Shown: in pieces, positions 58,401 through 64,000 of the stretch
Layout: every line of letters starts with the position of its first letter
How positions within the stretch are numbered: the stretch's first letter is position 1
NCBI GenBank assembly: GCA_903813345.2
Contig: CAIIXF020000001.1
Span: forward strand, 5,394,001 to 5,458,000
Source: Owenia fusiformis
Taxonomy: Eukaryota
Direction of reading: 5' to 3'
Length of the DNA stretch: 64,000 nt
The notes under the pieces: generated by a model
Database searches by the model: none
Seen by the model: the letters and a program-made list of their open reading frames with translations, nothing else
What the model was told of the DNA's origin: nothing
Position numbers and translations under genes: made by a program

Positions 58401-60073
58401 CACCCTAGTTCCCTTTTAATCTCTTTTAGTGTATGAGGTAAGACACTTTGATTTTTTTTTTACAATTTGAGAAACTTTTACTATGGGTGTTTACTTTTTG
58501 GACCAACTGCAGGGTGACGTAGTGAAGTCTTTCCTGCATGCACCACAAACAGCAGGGCAACCATGTACATGTTCATACCAAATGACATTAAAGGCATTCA
58601 ATCATGCATCAGAAAAGTCCCTTTTAAAGATTTCAAATTTAAAGAGAAACTTTTTCATTTAAAATTAATGGTTACTCTACTTGATTGTACGTTATCATTT
58701 GAAAGATATAAGAATGATATTGCTGACGTATTTAAGTCTGACGTAGCCAAAGCATAAAAATCATCTACACTGTGAATATGAAATTTTCTTTTGGTCTGCG
58801 GAGCGCTTCATCGATGCCCCGATCTCATCACAAGGTCATTTTTCATGGCCACTGAAAACGTTCTTATCGTTATGTTTTGCTTCATTCGAGCTGAGTTAAG
58901 TCGCTAGTCCTAGAACGACTTTTGTCAGACTCGATACTTTTTCAACGGTTTCTGATATCACATAACAGAACTCTCAGCATAAACTCAATTCTTTCCTGTG
59001 ATTTTCATTTTTTCTTTGAAGTTCTGGAAGTTTAATATTCAGTGCAATGAGTTATCCCGGTTTTGTTTTAGAGAAAGAGAACGTTAAAAGAATTAATCTC
59101 TCTTTGTTGCCTCCATTCTCGAAGCGTGCATTTTGTGCTGATTTCTTTTTGCTAGTCGGTTGGCGATATATTTCAAAGAGGAGTGTTTTTTTGCATTGCT
59201 TGCCTTCCATTTTCTTTAATATTCTCGGGGATTGCTTAGTTTTTGCTTTTCTCTATCCCTTTTCCAACGAATTGCGTTTCGCAAAGGCATATTGAATATT
59301 ACAGATCATATACAGATCGTGCAAATGGAATTGAAATAGATAAAAATTAATTATAACACGAAAACATCGTTGAAAAGCTGTAATCGTTCATATTACTTAA
59401 CGCGAGTTTTCGGTTTATGCTGTTCTCCATTTATAATAATTGCAATCATTGAAAAGAAAACAGAATGCAAACATTAAGTGACTTTATGATTGAATTCAGC
59501 GATCCCCGGGAATACAATGAACGAAATGTTATTTACTGAGGGTCAACTATTTTGGGCTTTAATGGTCTTCATATAACATTTTTTGTTATGACTTTTCCCA
59601 AAAAATTACGCTTATGGAATTCCCAAATAACTTGTCATTTGCTTGCATGTTATGTATTATTGTAAAGACGTATAAAATGTAAAAAGCACATTTACAAAAG
59701 GGCAAATTCGTTAGGTGTTATCGTTTCCTTGCCTATAAATCGATCTTTATGCGTAATCACTGAATAACTTTTAAACATGTGTTTTAAGAATATGGGTCAT
59801 AATATAAAATTAAATCACTCGATCTGGGATTTATAAAATTGTCTAATTACTGCTTTGAGTTAAATGCTATAACCGTGACGTTTTTCACGCGTGACGATTG
59901 TCACAGTTTCGCACAATATCAGTCCATAGATGAGGTTTATGTTTATGTTTATGTATCTTTATTTCCACCTATGCAGATGAGTACATAATAATTATAAAGT
60001 TAATGTGGCAATATTAAAAATATAAAAATAAAAATATATATATATACAACGCAAACTGTGTTGATTTAATAGT

Positions 60074-63000
60074 TTATAGAGCTATAGCTGCAGCTCTTGT
60101 TTTTAACATGTGTTTGACACTTAACATTATCTTCACATACATTCTGTAGTCTAATGCTTCATTTTTTCCTAGTAAGATCTCCATTTTTTCAACCATATTA
60201 TATCCATCAAATATTCTGTCACTTAAAACTGCCAACAAGTCACTCCTACTTTCATGAAGTTCAAGGCAATCTAAGAGAAAATGCCTTGTCGTTTCATTTG
60301 TCATCCCACACAGAGGACAAATGGTGTCATAGTTGAGTGGGAAAGCACCTGTTAGCAGTTTTACCATATCCCTACACATCCCTATATATTTACAATTCGA
60401 TTGACAGATTCTCCACCATACGCATGGTTTTATCGTAACTTGTATCGTTCTATAAACGCTAAGTCTGTTAGATATGTTACATAACAAGTGCCATCTGTCT
60501 TCTTCATACTGCATTATGCGTGCTTTAACAATCCGTTTCCACGCACATTTGGGCATCAGGTCATAATTCAAAAAATATTCATCAATATATCGCCATAAAT
60601 TGTATCTTGTCACAAGGTTCAAAACTGCATTTATTACTGAATAGTTGCTATACAACTTTGAGTGTTCAGAAATTGACTTCCATCTAAAGAACTCAATTAT
60701 AAAAATCATTTTATACACACATGTGGTTGGTAGATTTAGGATACACCACAGAAACATTAACTTTTTTGTATCTATGACCGCACGAATCCTCGACCAGCCC
60801 AGTTGTGCCAAGGAAGCTTCGTTATGCACATTACATGGCAATTGTTGAATTCGTTTTGCTATTTGTCTATGTGTCAATTCAAGGGTATCATAATCACATT
60901 GTTTCAATGGCAGGATATCCATACCGTATGTCATGGATGGTACCGATATGGACCAATATAAAATAGAGGCCGTCAGTGGATTGTATTCGAAGGAGTCACT
61001 GCTGAGAAGCCCCACCCCCGCGTTGATAGCCCTTCTAGCCTTTCCCATTGCATTATCAATATGTTGTTTCAAGTTACCATTTGTATTTAAAATGAGACCC
61101 ACATGTGTACATTCTCTGACATGATCCATTTTATCTGGTCCAAGGTAAAAACACAAGTCTTTGCGGCCCTGTCTCTCTTTAGTGCAAACCATCAACGTTT
61201 TTGACTTCCCAGGGTGGAAGGTGAAACGCCATCGCGTACTGAAACGATATGCTATGTCCAGTAATGTTTGTAAGGACCTTGGGAACACAGCCATGAGGAT
61301 CAGGTCATCGGCGTATGTGGGTGAGGTTACATTGATATTGCCGATTCTGCATCCAGCATTGCTTTGTTCGAGTTCCTTTAAGAGGCTATTTGTGAAACGC
61401 ATATAGAGCATCAAACTACAGACACCCCCCTGATGGACTCCCTGGTTAATGAAGAAAGGATCAGACATAGTTTTTCCCACTCTAACCCTGCATTGATAAT
61501 CCGAATACCAAATTTTCAAAATTCTCCATATTTTCCCCTTGAAACCTTGGTTAAAGAGTGTATACAACAACCCATCTATCCAGACAGAATCGTAACATTT
61601 TTTAATGTCCAATGATGCTATATATGTATCACTACCCCTGTCCGCATTATGCGCGACAGTCTCCCGCACGACCATCGATGTGTGGATACAAGAAGTACCA
61701 TCTATTGCTGCCCCTTGCAGACAATGTATCGGTTCAATGTTATTATCGGCCTTAACTCGTGCTATGTATAAATTTTCAAATAGTTTGCTAAATATGGTCA
61801 TTAACGTGATACCCCTATGGTTATCTTTTTCTAAAATATCTTTGTTCCCTCCTTTGAATAACGTTATTAAGACCCCTATTTTAAAAGAATCCGGAAAGAA
61901 CTCATTTTCGATTATAGCATTGAATAGATACGTTAAGACCGAGATTAACCTTGTACCACCGTACCTTATATGCTCTGGGGTGACAAGATCGTGCCCCGGT
62001 GCTTTATTTAATCTCAATCTATCTATAGCAGCGATAACTTCGACTTCCGAAAACGGTTCCTGTAAATTATCGTCAGTTTGGGTGCGCGTTAATTGATCAA
62101 TTCTATGAATTGCGCCTTCGACCTCTTGCTTAAAGCCGTTATCAAAAACAGGATTATTTGCAGGTGTATAAAGTTTTTGAAAGTACGCTTTCCACTCGTT
62201 ACAAATATCTACTTCCGTGTCTAAAATACTACCATTGTCACCCCTCAATTGTAACACATTTTTCCCATTCCCCTTTCGTTTAGTTTTAACTAACCGCCAG
62301 AAGTCATTAATATTAATATTGCCCGATACGTCTAGCTCTCTCTGTGTTTCCATTGCATGTTCGTATTGTTTATTCCTGAGCAGTTTTCTAAACTCGCGTT
62401 TCGTGTTTTTATAAATAGCATAGTTTCGACCCGTTCTCGGTTTTCCACTTTCCCGCCAAGTATGATATGCAATCATTTTCTGTTTATACATAACTTTCAA
62501 TTCCGGGCACCAATATGGTTTAATGTGTTTACGAAATTTCCCTTTGGGTAGATTGTTTTGCGAAGTATCTTTTAAGAGCTTAGCAAGCTGATTGAAGTAA
62601 TTGCTAATTTGTTTGTTTGATAACGAGGGGGTCCTACTCAACTCATTTTCTATATCTATAAGTTTACTTGAAACCACATCAGTGAACAAGGATTTAATTT
62701 GACTTTCACTGATCTTATTCCATTTTACATTAACTGCCCTCAATGCCTCAAGGTTACCCTTACAAAACACTGAATTTGTCGCCGCAATAGTCAAAGTTAA
62801 CGTTAAGGGGAGGTGATCAGATGTGTTCAGTAGGGTCTCCTCGTGTACTTCACATGTAACACAGCATCTTATAAGAGGTGCTGTAACTAATATATGATCA
62901 ATATACGTATTTATGTTGGGTTCTTTATAAAACGTGTACTTGGGTCCATTACGACAATCTGACATATCAGCACATATCAACCCATTCCTTAGCATAAAAT

Positions 63001-63610
63001 TATACAAGAGTCTACCATTTTTTGAGTGGTCCCCTTGACCCATGTCGGTCACCAAATTCCCAAGATTAGCATTCATGTCCCCTACAATGATGACCTCACC
63101 GATACCCCTGACTTGTTGCAGGCATTCGTCAAGTGTATCTAACACAACATCAAAACTGTCCCTTACACAAGTAGGTTGAGGTAAGTACACTGACAGAATA
63201 TGCATAAAACAATCATTCCATCTAACTTTAAGTCCTACTATTCTGTCCGATTCGAAATACACTGGCATTGCATTGATGTTCTTTCTATAGAGGATCCCAA
63301 CCCCGCCATGCCCTATATGAGAACCCTTATTCAATGGCTCTAAACTGCTACTACTGACTCCTATACCAAAGAAATCCTCATGTAATTCACTCAATGTTCC
63401 AATTTCATTGGGATATAACCAATGTTCTGATATACAAATAATATCGGATGAATTACACAGTTCACGTACATAATGTCTTTTTGTACTAAGACAATTCACG
63501 TTATAACCCGTGATGGATAGCAATGTCATAATAAAATGTATATAAAACATATTTACAAGCATGTTTCTTGCATAAGCTACAGGCAGAAGTCGTTTTAGCA
63601 ATCGTCCCAA
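60074..63610 (-). CDS. LINE ORF2: AP endonuclease + reverse transcriptase + zinc knuckle (probable start ATG 63529)
   Basis: YNV, SEHW, GDMNA, IDH, SDHLP; APGHD, HRGITL, QGGVCS, YADD; CPLC..HFLLDC; 1178 aa with no stop. Confidence 0.95.
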   Translation of the reverse strand: MGRLLKRLLPVAYARNMLVNMFYIHFIMTLLSITGYNVNCLSTKRHYVRELCNSSDIICISEHWLYPNEIGTLSELHEDFFGIGVSSSSLEPLNKGSHIGHGGVGILYRKNINAMPVYFESDRIVGLKVRWNDCFMHILSVYLPQPTCVRDSFDVVLDTLDECLQQVRGIGEVIIVGDMNANLGNLVTDMGQGDHSKNGRLLYNFMLRNGLICADMSDCRNGPKYTFYKEPNINTYIDHILVTAPLIRCCVTCEVHEETLLNTSDHLPLTLTLTIAATNSVFCKGNLEALRAVNVKWNKISESQIKSLFTDVVSSKLIDIENELSRTPSLSNKQISNYFNQLAKLLKDTSQNNLPKGKFRKHIKPYWCPELKVMYKQKMIAYHTWRESGKPRTGRNYAIYKNTKREFRKLLRNKQYEHAMETQRELDVSGNININDFWRLVKTKRKGNGKNVLQLRGDNGSILDTEVDICNEWKAYFQKLYTPANNPVFDNGFKQEVEGAIHRIDQLTRTQTDDNLQEPFSEVEVIAAIDRLRLNKAPGHDLVTPEHIRYGGTRLISVLTYLFNAIIENEFFPDSFKIGVLITLFKGGNKDILEKDNHRGITLMTIFSKLFENLYIARVKADNNIEPIHCLQGAAIDGTSCIHTSMVVRETVAHNADRGSDTYIASLDIKKCYDSVWIDGLLYTLFNQGFKGKIWRILKIWYSDYQCRVRVGKTMSDPFFINQGVHQGGVCSLMLYMRFTNSLLKELEQSNAGCRIGNINVTSPTYADDLILMAVFPRSLQTLLDIAYRFSTRWRFTFHPGKSKTLMVCTKERQGRKDLCFYLGPDKMDHVRECTHVGLILNTNGNLKQHIDNAMGKARRAINAGVGLLSSDSFEYNPLTASILYWSISVPSMTYGMDILPLKQCDYDTLELTHRQIAKRIQQLPCNVHNEASLAQLGWSRIRAVIDTKKLMFLWCILNLPTTCVYKMIFIIEFFRWKSISEHSKLYSNYSVINAVLNLVTRYNLWRYIDEYFLNYDLMPKCAWKRIVKARIMQYEEDRWHLLCNISNRLSVYRTIQVTIKPCVWWRICQSNCKYIGMCRDMVKLLTGAFPLNYDTICPLCGMTNETTRHFLLDCLELHESRSDLLAVLSDRIFDGYNMVEKMEILLGKNEALDYRMYVKIMLSVKHMLKTRAAAIAL

Positions 63611-64000
63611 TCAGACCATCTTTTTGACGTATAGCCTGGCCACATCCTATCATCCTTGTCGGCGTTGTCGGCGTTGTTAACGCTGTCATCGGTACTATAA
63701 CCGGCGATGTCAACATCTTCACGGCGTTGATCATTATCATTGATTCTGTCGTATGTCCTCTCATAGGATGTTCCGCGCCAAAATCCACCACGCGGCGTTG
63801 ATCCGTAGTTACGACGTGTACGTGTTGGAGGCTCGCGTGACCACTCCCTGCACGTGACGTTTTCGGGCCAAAGGGATTCGCTCAGCATCACATCGCGCTG
63901 CGTATCGGGTATTGTCATTTTTATGCCGAAAGTATCACTACTGACCCGATTACGGATGATATATGAGTTCATTACACGTACTTTGTTATGCCTAAGATGG
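63595..64000 (-). CDS. C-terminal part of LINE ORF1
   Basis: LWPENVTCREW resembles the typical ORF1 C-terminal motif; directly upstream of ORF2. Confidence 0.65.
   Translation of the reverse strand, partial: HLRHNKVRVMNSYIIRNRVSSDTFGIKMTIPDTQRDVMLSESLWPENVTCREWSREPPTRTRRNYGSTPRGGFWRGTSYERTYDRINDNDQRREDVDIAGYSTDDSVNNADNADKDDRMWPGYTSKRWSDWDDC

Larger units (their letters stand above)
59934..64000 (-). mobile_element. Non-LTR retrotransposon (APE-RT with C-terminal CCHC; RTEX/CR1-group-like), 5' end outside the window
   Basis: ORF1 tail, intact ORF2, AATAAA and (ATAAAC)n tail at 59934-59964. Confidence 0.9.

Noticed and set aside
56010-59930. Protein-coding gene or snoRNAs downstream of the mirror promoter
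   Set aside because: No convincing exon chain, ORF or box-bounded unit found by eye.

Overview
AT-rich animal (invertebrate-like) genomic DNA; nothing prokaryotic. Two spliced genes converge tail-to-tail: a C8orf34/VEST1-like gene on + (15 in-frame coding exons, 4183-35409; first exon uncertain) and a complete 17-exon ribophorin II (RPN2, 633 aa) on - (55402-36784). LINEs sit at both window edges, and introns hold many TEs: a non-coding LTR element with apparently identical LTRs and a tRNA-Leu PBS, a decayed AcademX, and Kolobok-, Transib-, hAT-, piggyBac- and Tc1-type non-autonomous elements. Highlights: (1) a 33-bp tandem array multiplies a C8orf34-like exon's 5' splice site into 12 in-frame AG|GTGAGT donors, while a 90-bp array amplifies the branch/pyrimidine region at the other end of the same intron; (2) RPN2 introns host at least four multi-copy snoRNA families; (3) the RPN2 promoter, 5'UTR and exon 1 are duplicated as a mirror image that lost the ATG but kept the splice donor. 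All calls were made by eye; homologies and rRNA targets are from memory and need database confirmation.
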